Assembly: GCA_964486505.1 (NCBI GenBank)
Contig: CAZAMC010000001.1
Span: 106,133 to 170,132, forward strand
Direction: 5' to 3'
DNA from: an uncultured Gammaproteobacteria bacterium
GTDB taxonomy: Bacteria; Patescibacteriota; Patescibacteriia; PEXW01
Length of the DNA: 64,000 nt
The notes under the pieces are model-generated. The model saw only the letters and a program-made list of their open reading frames with translations. It made no database searches and was not told the origin of the DNA. The position numbers and the translations under genes are program-made. Of this stretch, positions 48,130 through 55,853 are shown piece by piece. Numbering within the stretch: position 1 is the stretch's first letter; every line of letters starts with the position of its first letter.

Positions 48130-48340
48130 CCCCCACTATACCCAGAATGCCCAGTATCACCCCAATCCCCTGCGCCCCTGGGCTGTCATCATAGCCGCCG
48201 TACACCACCATGAACGCCCCGAACAGTATCGCCAAAATGGATAACCCGATTCGCGTCTTTCTATGCATAGGAGCTACATACTTCCTTTCATTTCTTCCGC
48301 TATATCTCGTCTGCCTCTTCAATCTAGCTTCGACAGCCAC
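48095..48340 (-). CDS. Hypothetical small membrane protein
   Basis: 81 aa. Two TM helices with GxxxG-like packing (GVILGILGIVGVV). Confidence 0.35.
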   Translation of the reverse strand: MAVEARLKRQTRYSGRNERKYVAPMHRKTRIGLSILAILFGAFMVVYGGYDDSPGAQGIGVILGILGIVGVVRFIRRRMVQ

Positions 48341-48588
48341 AGCTTTCTAATAGAAGTCAGGGACACCGTTGAGAGCAAGTAGCCAATTGCCGGAACGAAC
48401 GCGGCTAAAAACGGTCGACTACTTTTTATGATGAGTAGCCACAGCAAGGCGAAGATGTAGGTAACTACTGTCACAAACCCACGCCGTACCCACGACGTTT
48501 CCCACGCTTTGTCCGCTTCCACGCGTTCATTGCGTTGCTGGATCTCCACAAGTTGTTTTTGGAGGTCTTCCATGGGCATTCTATACAT
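48319..48588 (-). CDS. Hypothetical small membrane protein (2TM-like)
   Basis: 89 aa. N-terminal helical region then two TM helices. Confidence 0.35.
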   Translation of the reverse strand: MYRMPMEDLQKQLVEIQQRNERVEADKAWETSWVRRGFVTVVTYIFALLWLLIIKSSRPFLAAFVPAIGYLLSTVSLTSIRKLWLSKLD

Positions 48589-48964
48589 GGGCCTCCAAAA
48601 AAGCCTTCAATGCACCGAGGTCTTTTGCGTCCTTATCGTAGTGGTACGTGGTAATACCCACAGACTTCGCGCTCTCCACGGCTTCAGGGTTATGCTCAAA
48701 GTACACAACGTCCGCTGCGTTTAGCTGGTTCGCCTGAAGCATGGTCTTATAAAATACTGGGTTCACTTTGTCGGGATTGTGCTTCAGCGTGAACACGGGG
48801 TACGGAACCTTGTCCAGACCAAACTCCACCATCTGCTCATCATTGGCATTGGTCAAAATAATCTTCGGGTTAGGGTAAGTATCCAAAAGCTTTTGCATTG
48901 CAACATTAATCCCCTGCCCTTCGATAATAAACGTATTGTAAGCGTCAACGAGAATGGTTTTCAT
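48581..48964 (-). CDS. Small HAD-like hydrolase domain protein
   Basis: KTILVDAYNTF (DxY/D motif I-like). C-terminal VYFEHNPEAVESAKSVGI resembles HAD motif III/IV. Confidence 0.45.
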   Translation of the reverse strand: MKTILVDAYNTFIIEGQGINVAMQKLLDTYPNPKIILTNANDEQMVEFGLDKVPYPVFTLKHNPDKVNPVFYKTMLQANQLNAADVVYFEHNPEAVESAKSVGITTYHYDKDAKDLGALKAFLEAHV

Positions 48965-48966
48965 AG

Positions 48967-50280
48967 TTACATTTTCGATAGTGCTACTACCTTAGGACTT
49001 CCATCCTGAATATAAAAACCGTCGTCATTCCTAAGTAATTGCCCTGGATCATTTCTATCAATTTTGAATATCTGAAAACTCACTGTATCGTTGTCCAGCC
49101 ATGTAACGACGCCATCGGCAAGGTAACACCCATGACCACACGACAACACACCATCAGCCTCAGCGTACTCAAATACCAGTTCCTGGCGCTTGAGCGTTAT
49201 AAAGTCATACACATAGAAAAGTGCTTTGGGCTCATCCCCTGAAATTGGGGTTTCCTTATCAAGCTCAGCTTCAGAAGTTGTGAATTCAATTGCTTTTGTA
49301 TGGTCGGGAGAAAGCACAAGATTTGGTAAATATGGAATTGTCCAATCTACGCCCTTTTTAACGACTTTGCCTGAATCTGTCTTCAGCGTCAGGTATGGAC
49401 CGTTGAATATGCACCCACCGCATCCGGCTCCGCCCCGAAAGAAGAAAGTAATTTCATTATTCTTGTCATAACGAAACCATTCGTCTGCGGCTTCGCCTAT
49501 GCTTCTAATACTATCATTAAACTTTGCGCCAGGATTCGTTTTACCAAATTCTCCCGAAGTAATTTGGCTATGAATTGTTTTATCAAAAACCCTAACCTTC
49601 TTTCTATACAAGCAGCTATTTACTATTGTGTAATCTTCTTTAGAGATTTCTTCTTCAAGAGTTAATGCGCAGTTTTTTGGACGCGTATACTGCTCATCCA
49701 ATTTCTTTGACTTATAATCATAGGCACAGCCATCATTCACTACCCAATTGGCATAGGGGTCATAAATATTATTTCGTTCAGCAAGTATTTCTTTTGGGCA
49801 AATTTGCTCAAGTATTCCTGGATTACTAGCAATATAATCATATTTTTTTTCCGTTTTCGTTTCTTCGCAGGTATAACCACTCAATGTTAGAGTTTTACCT
49901 TCTGGGCAAGTACATTGTTCACGTGCCATTTTTTTTGAAGAGTCCCATGTGCCCCCGCTGTAAAGGCAATTACTATAAACATAGTTGTCTCGGCATGTCT
50001 TAAACACCCTATCCGATGTACAAGAACCGTTTTCGCATTTGCTAGGCCCATACATTCCAAAGCAATCTAGCCTGGCTGTACATGTTTGCTCATCAAGAAT
50101 TTTAGAGCAGGTCGGTGAGCTTGCATTCACGTTGACTTGCTCGTTTGATTGAACGACAACTTGATTCACAGCATTACTTACCATCTTTTGTTTATGCCAA
50201 CTCCAATACCCTAGATATGCAATACCAAGGCAGCCAGCAACGGCGAGGACAAGAACTAAAATTCGTGGAGTAAGCTTCAT
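48967..50280 (-). CDS. Cysteine-rich secreted or anchored protein
   Basis: N-terminal signal/anchor LVLVLAVAGCLGIAYLGYW. About 30 Cys in a 437-aa extracytoplasmic region. No family recognised. Confidence 0.5.
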   Translation of the reverse strand: MKLTPRILVLVLAVAGCLGIAYLGYWSWHKQKMVSNAVNQVVVQSNEQVNVNASSPTCSKILDEQTCTARLDCFGMYGPSKCENGSCTSDRVFKTCRDNYVYSNCLYSGGTWDSSKKMAREQCTCPEGKTLTLSGYTCEETKTEKKYDYIASNPGILEQICPKEILAERNNIYDPYANWVVNDGCAYDYKSKKLDEQYTRPKNCALTLEEEISKEDYTIVNSCLYRKKVRVFDKTIHSQITSGEFGKTNPGAKFNDSIRSIGEAADEWFRYDKNNEITFFFRGGAGCGGCIFNGPYLTLKTDSGKVVKKGVDWTIPYLPNLVLSPDHTKAIEFTTSEAELDKETPISGDEPKALFYVYDFITLKRQELVFEYAEADGVLSCGHGCYLADGVVTWLDNDTVSFQIFKIDRNDPGQLLRNDDGFYIQDGSPKVVALSKM

Positions 50281-50425
50281 AAATAGGTGGATATGCCCTC
50301 TTGTTCACACAGTATAATTCTTTGCTTTTCTCTCGTATACCCCCTAGAAATCCCCTTACAACGTTGACAGCGCATAATGAACTATGTAGTGTGCATGTAA
50401 ACTAAAAACAAACGATGGAGGTTGA

Positions 50426-50941
50426 ATGCACTTTAAATTCGGCGGTTTTGACACTTCTGCACTGTACGGGATTCTCGATGCTGTGGAGAAAAGCTTCATC
50501 ACCTTGTTCGAGCTGGATCTCCAAAATCCTCCGCGTCACCAAGGTGGCTTCTTCACCCTACGGGACGGCAAAACCGGAGACATTCTTATCGCTATCCAAG
50601 TTGGAGAAGTACCCCGGAAAGACCGCATGAAATGGTACCACCTAAGCCTGGAAAAAGGTGATCGACTCTTCCGAACATGGCATAAGAGCAGAATCGAGAG
50701 ACACCTCACGAGCTCGGAATCACGTGACCCAACACAAAACAAATTCGGCGGCGCGGTTATTGCCACAGAAGGTAAGTACCCGTACATTCTCTCGTTTCAC
50801 GGTCTGGGCGAAGAGCCTGATGAAGCGTTGATGGTCGCAACAGCCTTGAAGCTCCGCTGGATGTCTGCAGACATCGCACAGGAAATTGCTACCGCGTACA
50901 AAAATACTACGGCCCGCAATTTGCAGAAGCTCATGAGCTAA
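50426..50941 (+). CDS. Hypothetical protein (divergently transcribed, strong RBS)
   Basis: GGAGG 5-6 nt upstream of ATG. 171 aa, soluble. No family recognised. Confidence 0.45.
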   Translation: MHFKFGGFDTSALYGILDAVEKSFITLFELDLQNPPRHQGGFFTLRDGKTGDILIAIQVGEVPRKDRMKWYHLSLEKGDRLFRTWHKSRIERHLTSSESRDPTQNKFGGAVIATEGKYPYILSFHGLGEEPDEALMVATALKLRWMSADIAQEIATAYKNTTARNLQKLMS

Positions 50942-51024
50942 TACTCGCCCGACAGCGAACCAAGATCAGCCAGAAATGGTTGATCTTTTCTATAGTCTGT
51001 AACACCTACAACTGTATCGCGTTC

Positions 51025-51348
51025 TTAAAAGTCCTTCGTAAACTTACACTTCGGGTAGTTCGTGCATCCAAAAAACGGCCCATATTTGCCGCTCCGTTCT
51101 AATAAATTCCCACCACACTGTGGGCATTTTTGATTCTGTGCCATGGTTGTTGCCTTTTTCGATTTTCTAAACAAACGAAACAATCCCTTTTCCAGCTTTG
51201 CAATCGCCAGAGTTAAAAGTACCGCCGCAATGCCCCCAATAACAAGCCATGGCAACATCGTTCGTAATGTTGATTGCGCTAGGAACCCAGCAGCATTCAC
51301 GAGTTGTGGGTCTGCGGCCATTCTCTGTTTATTTCTTAAATGACACAA
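51025..51348 (-). CDS. Small membrane-anchored protein with C-terminal topoisomerase-type C4 zinc finger
   Basis: TM LPWLVIGGIAAVLLTLAIA then CPQCGG...YGPFFGCTNYPKC (zf-C4_Topoisom pattern). Confidence 0.55.
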   Translation of the reverse strand: MCHLRNKQRMAADPQLVNAAGFLAQSTLRTMLPWLVIGGIAAVLLTLAIAKLEKGLFRLFRKSKKATTMAQNQKCPQCGGNLLERSGKYGPFFGCTNYPKCKFTKDF

Positions 51349-51760
51349 AGAATGGTATATCGTTCATCTGCACATAGTTAAACATCCAATACCCAGCACG
51401 TCGTGCCCGTTTAGAAAGCTGATGCTTTAGAAGATGCTTTTTAGGGACAAAGGGATAGAAACGAATTTCTTGCTTCCTTTTCTGTTTTTCTATCCATTTG
51501 AAATTTAGAAAAAGCGGCGGCACCATATATCCAGACTTAGTCACCTTATCCATTATCTGCCAGCCTGCGCCAAACACAATATTACTTGGCTTGCGGTTGT
51601 TAGTCTTTACCTGCGCCCGAAAAGAACAACCAGTGCACTGCACATCATAAAGCGGATACCCTGTCGGTAAACACATAAGCTTCTTGCCACAATTCGGACA
51701 AGGTACGTACTTAACTACCTCTAATTCCCCTTGTTTTCCAGATGCTTGGTTTCCTGCCAT
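51329..51760 (-). CDS. Hypothetical zinc-ribbon protein
   Basis: CPNCGKK...CTGCS CxxC-x19-CxxC ribbon at the N-terminus. Basic C-terminal half. 143 aa. Confidence 0.45.
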   Translation of the reverse strand: MAGNQASGKQGELEVVKYVPCPNCGKKLMCLPTGYPLYDVQCTGCSFRAQVKTNNRKPSNIVFGAGWQIMDKVTKSGYMVPPLFLNFKWIEKQKRKQEIRFYPFVPKKHLLKHQLSKRARRAGYWMFNYVQMNDIPFFVSFKK

Positions 51761-51805
51761 GACCTCATTAGATCATGGTCAAACATCTTACGCAAGAAAA
51801 AAACT

Positions 51806-52897
51806 TTACTTACCAGCTTTGGTTCGGTTGTCTTCTTTGCACAACATCTGGCAATTTTCTGCTATTGTCTTGCCGCCCTCATGCCAAGGAGTTACGTGAT
51901 CAGCTTCCATCTCCGATATGTCATACTTTTTTTTGCAGAATGGGCAAATGGCCTTTTGTCGCTCATACGCTTCGCGCTTCATCTTGTCGGTAAATGCACG
52001 AATAGAAAGATACTTATCTTGCCTAGTTAAAATATATGGATAAATACCGGACTTTTTTGTGACGTCTTCATCTTGCATTAACTCCTTTACTTCGATTTCT
52101 AACTTTACTGCGTTTAATTTCCTTTCTTTATATTTATTAAATAACTCACCCCAATTTACATTCGACATTTCTTTTCGGTAATAGGGAAATGACTTGCGTA
52201 CCCAAGCAATCACGTCTTGAAAGTACTGCCATAATTCATCAGCGTTTTTATTGTGCTGGTGCTTTGCCATATAGTCTTCAATCTTGCCCTCATTTATCCA
52301 CGACAGGGCAGTTTCCAAATATTCTTGCCGTATTGGAGAACCGCTAAGCAACGGTCCGTCATCATTTGCTATATGATATGCAACACAGCCCGTCTTACTA
52401 AACTTGAGTTTCGCATCTGAAAGCCATGGGCCGGTATAAACTGCGTTGCGGATTTCTTGATCGGTTAATTTTTCTCCGGCAATATTGATAATTCTGAACC
52501 AGTCCAATCGTTCTTTATCCGTGCCTTCGCAAAAGTAAATCATTAGTTGGTAATCTAAAATCTGATCTTGTTCTTCCTTTAGAAGATTGTGAAAGTACCT
52601 TTCATCTAAGGAAAAATCGCCATTCACGAATTGACCGATACTAATTGTTCGCTGTTGACCATCCAGCACTTCATACCCGCCGTCCTCACGAACCATCCAG
52701 TACATAACATTAAGCGGAAAATTCTGTTTTACTGTTTCAAGCACTGCATTGCGTTGCTTATCCTTATAAACGAATTCACGCTGATATTTAGGACGAATAT
52801 CAAGTTTGCCACTGTAGGCAACCACACCTTCCTCGGCGCTATCTTTATAACCAGCGACCACTTCACGAATTGAAATTCTATGTAAATCAATTTTCAT
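51806..52897 (-). CDS. DUF262 (ParB/Srx-like) + HNH endonuclease fusion (GmrSD-like architecture)
   Basis: N-terminal RPKYQREFVY and VLDGQQRTISIGQF are DUF262 signature motifs. C-terminal CPFCKKK...ADHVTPWHEGGKTIAENCQMLCKEDN is a canonical HNH. Confidence 0.75.
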   Translation of the reverse strand: MKIDLHRISIREVVAGYKDSAEEGVVAYSGKLDIRPKYQREFVYKDKQRNAVLETVKQNFPLNVMYWMVREDGGYEVLDGQQRTISIGQFVNGDFSLDERYFHNLLKEEQDQILDYQLMIYFCEGTDKERLDWFRIINIAGEKLTDQEIRNAVYTGPWLSDAKLKFSKTGCVAYHIANDDGPLLSGSPIRQEYLETALSWINEGKIEDYMAKHQHNKNADELWQYFQDVIAWVRKSFPYYRKEMSNVNWGELFNKYKERKLNAVKLEIEVKELMQDEDVTKKSGIYPYILTRQDKYLSIRAFTDKMKREAYERQKAICPFCKKKYDISEMEADHVTPWHEGGKTIAENCQMLCKEDNRTKAGK

Positions 52898-52899
52898 AA

Positions 52900-54009
52900 T
52901 TAAATCTTTCGTTTTCGAATTACTATTCTAAAATATGTATACCTTTTGCCATTATCTATTGAACACATATGCCTTCCGATCCTATTATTTCCTCTATTAA
53001 GTATAAGCTTGTCATGATCAAATAATTGATAACGATTTAACGCATTTACAATTTCAAATTGCTTAGGGTTATACTTGTCAAGAAAGGTAATGGGCACGCC
53101 CATAGCGCCATAAAAGTTTTTTGGTATCTCGTTAACAACATTTACATTAATAGCATCGTAGTTATCGAACTTTTGAAATTCGTCGGTGGTATAGGTCTTA
53201 TAAAGGTCCAGCTTCTCGTGACGCTTTACAGTATCTAAATTTGTAAACCAATTGATGGCCGGAACCTTAACATAGCCTTTGTCTGGGTCATACCCTTTTC
53301 CGATTACAAACTTTCTATTTGCCTCAAGATTATTTACATAGGGAGTCTTATAAACGACGGACATATTAAAACCGTAACCTGACCAAATTTTGTTCTCTTT
53401 TATCAGTCTAAAAATTTCTTTATAGGTAATGGCATTCATATTGCCTAAGATCAAAAACTTCTTATTATTTCCTACGAGCTGCGCAACATACTCACGAAAG
53501 AGAGAAAAAGGAGGGTTGGTTACAACAATATCTGCATGTTTGAGGAGCGCAACACATTCATCACTGCGAAAATCGCCGTTACCACTAAGCGGTATAGAAG
53601 TGTTTTTATCGTGCTTAAGCAATTGCTCAACGTCTTCAAGACTAATAGAGCCATTTTTATTTATGTCCTTCACTTCATTAATTTCAATTCTGTACGCTTC
53701 GGCACCTTTAGGTTTTATTGACTTCAAACCTTCCATTTTAAACAATGGCAACTGCTTGCCCGCAATAGGTGATTTTTTGTAGCTCGTAGTAACAAGTTTT
53801 TTCAATCTAAGGGCATTAAAGTTTGCAGCAAAATACTTGAAGAAGTTACTTTCAAATGGGTCGTCACAATTACAATAAACGATCTTCCCACGAAACTGAT
53901 CTTTATAGTGTTTCAATTCTTTTTCAACATCAACTAGCTGAGTATAAAACTCATCCTTTTTCGCATGGTTAGCTTTGCGTAAGCCCTTGTTTGAGGACTT
54001 TGTGGCCAT
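52900..54009 (-). CDS. N6-adenine DNA methyltransferase, EcoRI-methylase-like family
   Basis: DEFYTQL...KIVYCNCDDPFESNFFKYF N-terminal block and catalytic VVTNPPFS motif IV. Large C-terminal putative target-recognition region. Confidence 0.7.
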   Translation of the reverse strand: MATKSSNKGLRKANHAKKDEFYTQLVDVEKELKHYKDQFRGKIVYCNCDDPFESNFFKYFAANFNALRLKKLVTTSYKKSPIAGKQLPLFKMEGLKSIKPKGAEAYRIEINEVKDINKNGSISLEDVEQLLKHDKNTSIPLSGNGDFRSDECVALLKHADIVVTNPPFSLFREYVAQLVGNNKKFLILGNMNAITYKEIFRLIKENKIWSGYGFNMSVVYKTPYVNNLEANRKFVIGKGYDPDKGYVKVPAINWFTNLDTVKRHEKLDLYKTYTTDEFQKFDNYDAINVNVVNEIPKNFYGAMGVPITFLDKYNPKQFEIVNALNRYQLFDHDKLILNRGNNRIGRHMCSIDNGKRYTYFRIVIRKRKI

Positions 54010-54059
54010 AATATCGATTAGGGATGAATGCTGCTAGTGTATTACGACTCCCCTAAAAA

Positions 54060-55853
54060 TCAACTCAATTTCTGCTTAACGAGTTTAGCTACATCCCTCG
54101 CAGAATCCTTACTAATCCCCCCAAACCCAGCATTAAACAAACGTCCAGGCACCCATATCCCCTTCACGCCCTTCTGTAAAAGTCTTTTCCAAAGATCCCA
54201 GTCCTGGTACCGCTTTAGGCTCTCATCAAAGCCAATGCAGTGCTCACGGCGGAGGAGGGACATTGTTGAAATGTAGTTGGCTTTTAGCAAGCGCTCGGGG
54301 TTGAAGTCGAAGAGGTCAAACGTATGCCAGCCGAACTTGAAGTCAGAATACGCATAGCCAGCTTCGGGGTGCAGAAGGAGGGCGCGGGCCATGCTCTCTA
54401 ACATAGTCGGCTGCAGCTGCACGTCGGCGTCGCAGTAGAGCACGAAGTCCCCGGTTGTCTTGGCAAACCCGGCATTGCGCGCGCTGGGGGCGCCTTTGTT
54501 TTCTTGGCGGATGAGCTGCACATTGAACTTCTTAGCGATTTCGGATGTGTCGTCTGTGGAACCATCATCAACCACCACAACTTCAAGCGGTTTTAGGGTT
54601 TGCGCGTTGAGGCCGTTCAAGGTTGTGGCAATGGTCTTGGCACTGTTGAACGCCGGGATAACAACGCTAACCTTTACCTTTGGGACGGTGGCAACCGTGT
54701 TCAAGAGTTCAGCGATGCGTGCGCGGCGTGTGTCCCAGCTGAACTGCTCTTTAGCAAACTTCTTGGCGCGGTCGCTGTACCGCTGAATCCGCAACGGGTC
54801 TTTGAGAAACGGTTCAATTGCTTTGGCAATTTCATCGGCTTCCCCGGGTTCAACCAGCTCACCAGTGAGGCCGGGTTCAATGGTCTCGGGTATGCCCCCA
54901 GTGTTGCTGGCAATCACGGGCAGGCCGTGGGCCTGGGCTTCCACGCTCACCAAGCCAAAGCCTTCCACATCGCCTCGCTTCCCTTCGAAACTCGGAAATA
55001 CAAAGAGGTCAGCCGCGGCATAGGCAACGTTCGTGTCTTCCACGTTATTCAGGACGTGAATGCGCTGTTCCAGTTTGTGCGTAGCAATCCGCGCCCGGAT
55101 GTTCCCCTCTTCGGCACCCCGGCCCACAATGAGGTAGTGCACGTGTGGGTACTGCGGCGCCAGCCACGCTACCGCATCAATTGCCAGCACGTGGCCTTTG
55201 CGCTCCACCAGCCGGCCCACCGTGAGCAGGATGTGCGCGTCCGCCGGCAGGTTGAGGGTTTTGCGGGCTTCGGTCTTCACAATCCCCTGCTCGGGAACAT
55301 CAGCCCCGGGGGTAAGGACAACTCGTCGACTTTCGGCTACGCCAAGGCGCTTGAGGTGCTGGTTAGTGAACTTGCTGTTCGCAACAACGAGGTCGGCTTG
55401 CCGGAGGTTCTTCCGCAGCATCCGGCGGCGCAAACCCCCGGCCGTGTCGTAGCTCAACACATCCATGCCGTGCGTAATGACCACCACCTTGGTGCCGTAG
55501 AGCTTGCGGCAGCGCAAAGCCGCCGCCAGGTAGGGCCCGTAGTGGCCCAGGACAATGACGTCGTAGTCATGCTTCTGTGTGAGCGCTGCAAAGCGGCGAT
55601 AGGTGCCCAACCACCGCGGCCGCAGTTTGCCGGTGAGCAACGGCTGCCGAATGAGCTTCCAACCGGCAACGACGCTCGATCCCGGTTCGGTGAGCACGTC
55701 CACGTTAACATCATGCCGCTCACCAAAGAGGTGCGCCAGAAACCGCTCTACCCCGCCGTAGGCGGGTAGGAACGTGGTCGTAACGAGGAGGACGCGCATG
55801 GTTTTATGCTGGACGCCTTCGAATAATCCGCCAGAGAGCCGAAAGCTCTTCAC
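54060..55853 (-). CDS. Bifunctional glycosyltransferase: N-terminal GT4 (group 1) fused to C-terminal GT2
   Basis: N-terminal MRVLLVTTTFLPAYGGVE and EGFGLVSVEAQAHGLPVIA. C-terminal KVSVVIPAFNSAKT...VVVVDDGSTDDT and CDADV. Confidence 0.8.
   Translation of the reverse strand: MKSFRLSGGLFEGVQHKTMRVLLVTTTFLPAYGGVERFLAHLFGERHDVNVDVLTEPGSSVVAGWKLIRQPLLTGKLRPRWLGTYRRFAALTQKHDYDVIVLGHYGPYLAAALRCRKLYGTKVVVITHGMDVLSYDTAGGLRRRMLRKNLRQADLVVANSKFTNQHLKRLGVAESRRVVLTPGADVPEQGIVKTEARKTLNLPADAHILLTVGRLVERKGHVLAIDAVAWLAPQYPHVHYLIVGRGAEEGNIRARIATHKLEQRIHVLNNVEDTNVAYAAADLFVFPSFEGKRGDVEGFGLVSVEAQAHGLPVIASNTGGIPETIEPGLTGELVEPGEADEIAKAIEPFLKDPLRIQRYSDRAKKFAKEQFSWDTRRARIAELLNTVATVPKVKVSVVIPAFNSAKTIATTLNGLNAQTLKPLEVVVVDDGSTDDTSEIAKKFNVQLIRQENKGAPSARNAGFAKTTGDFVLYCDADVQLQPTMLESMARALLLHPEAGYAYSDFKFGWHTFDLFDFNPERLLKANYISTMSLLRREHCIGFDESLKRYQDWDLWKRLLQKGVKGIWVPGRLFNAGFGGISKDSARDVAKLVKQKLS

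Larger units (their letters stand above)
46680..54055. other. AT-rich putative horizontally acquired island
   Basis: Abrupt drop in G+C visible by eye, for example 49500-49900 and 52900-53500 versus flanks. Gene content is unrelated to core metabolism. No integrase, tRNA or clear direct repeats were found at the edges. Confidence 0.6.
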
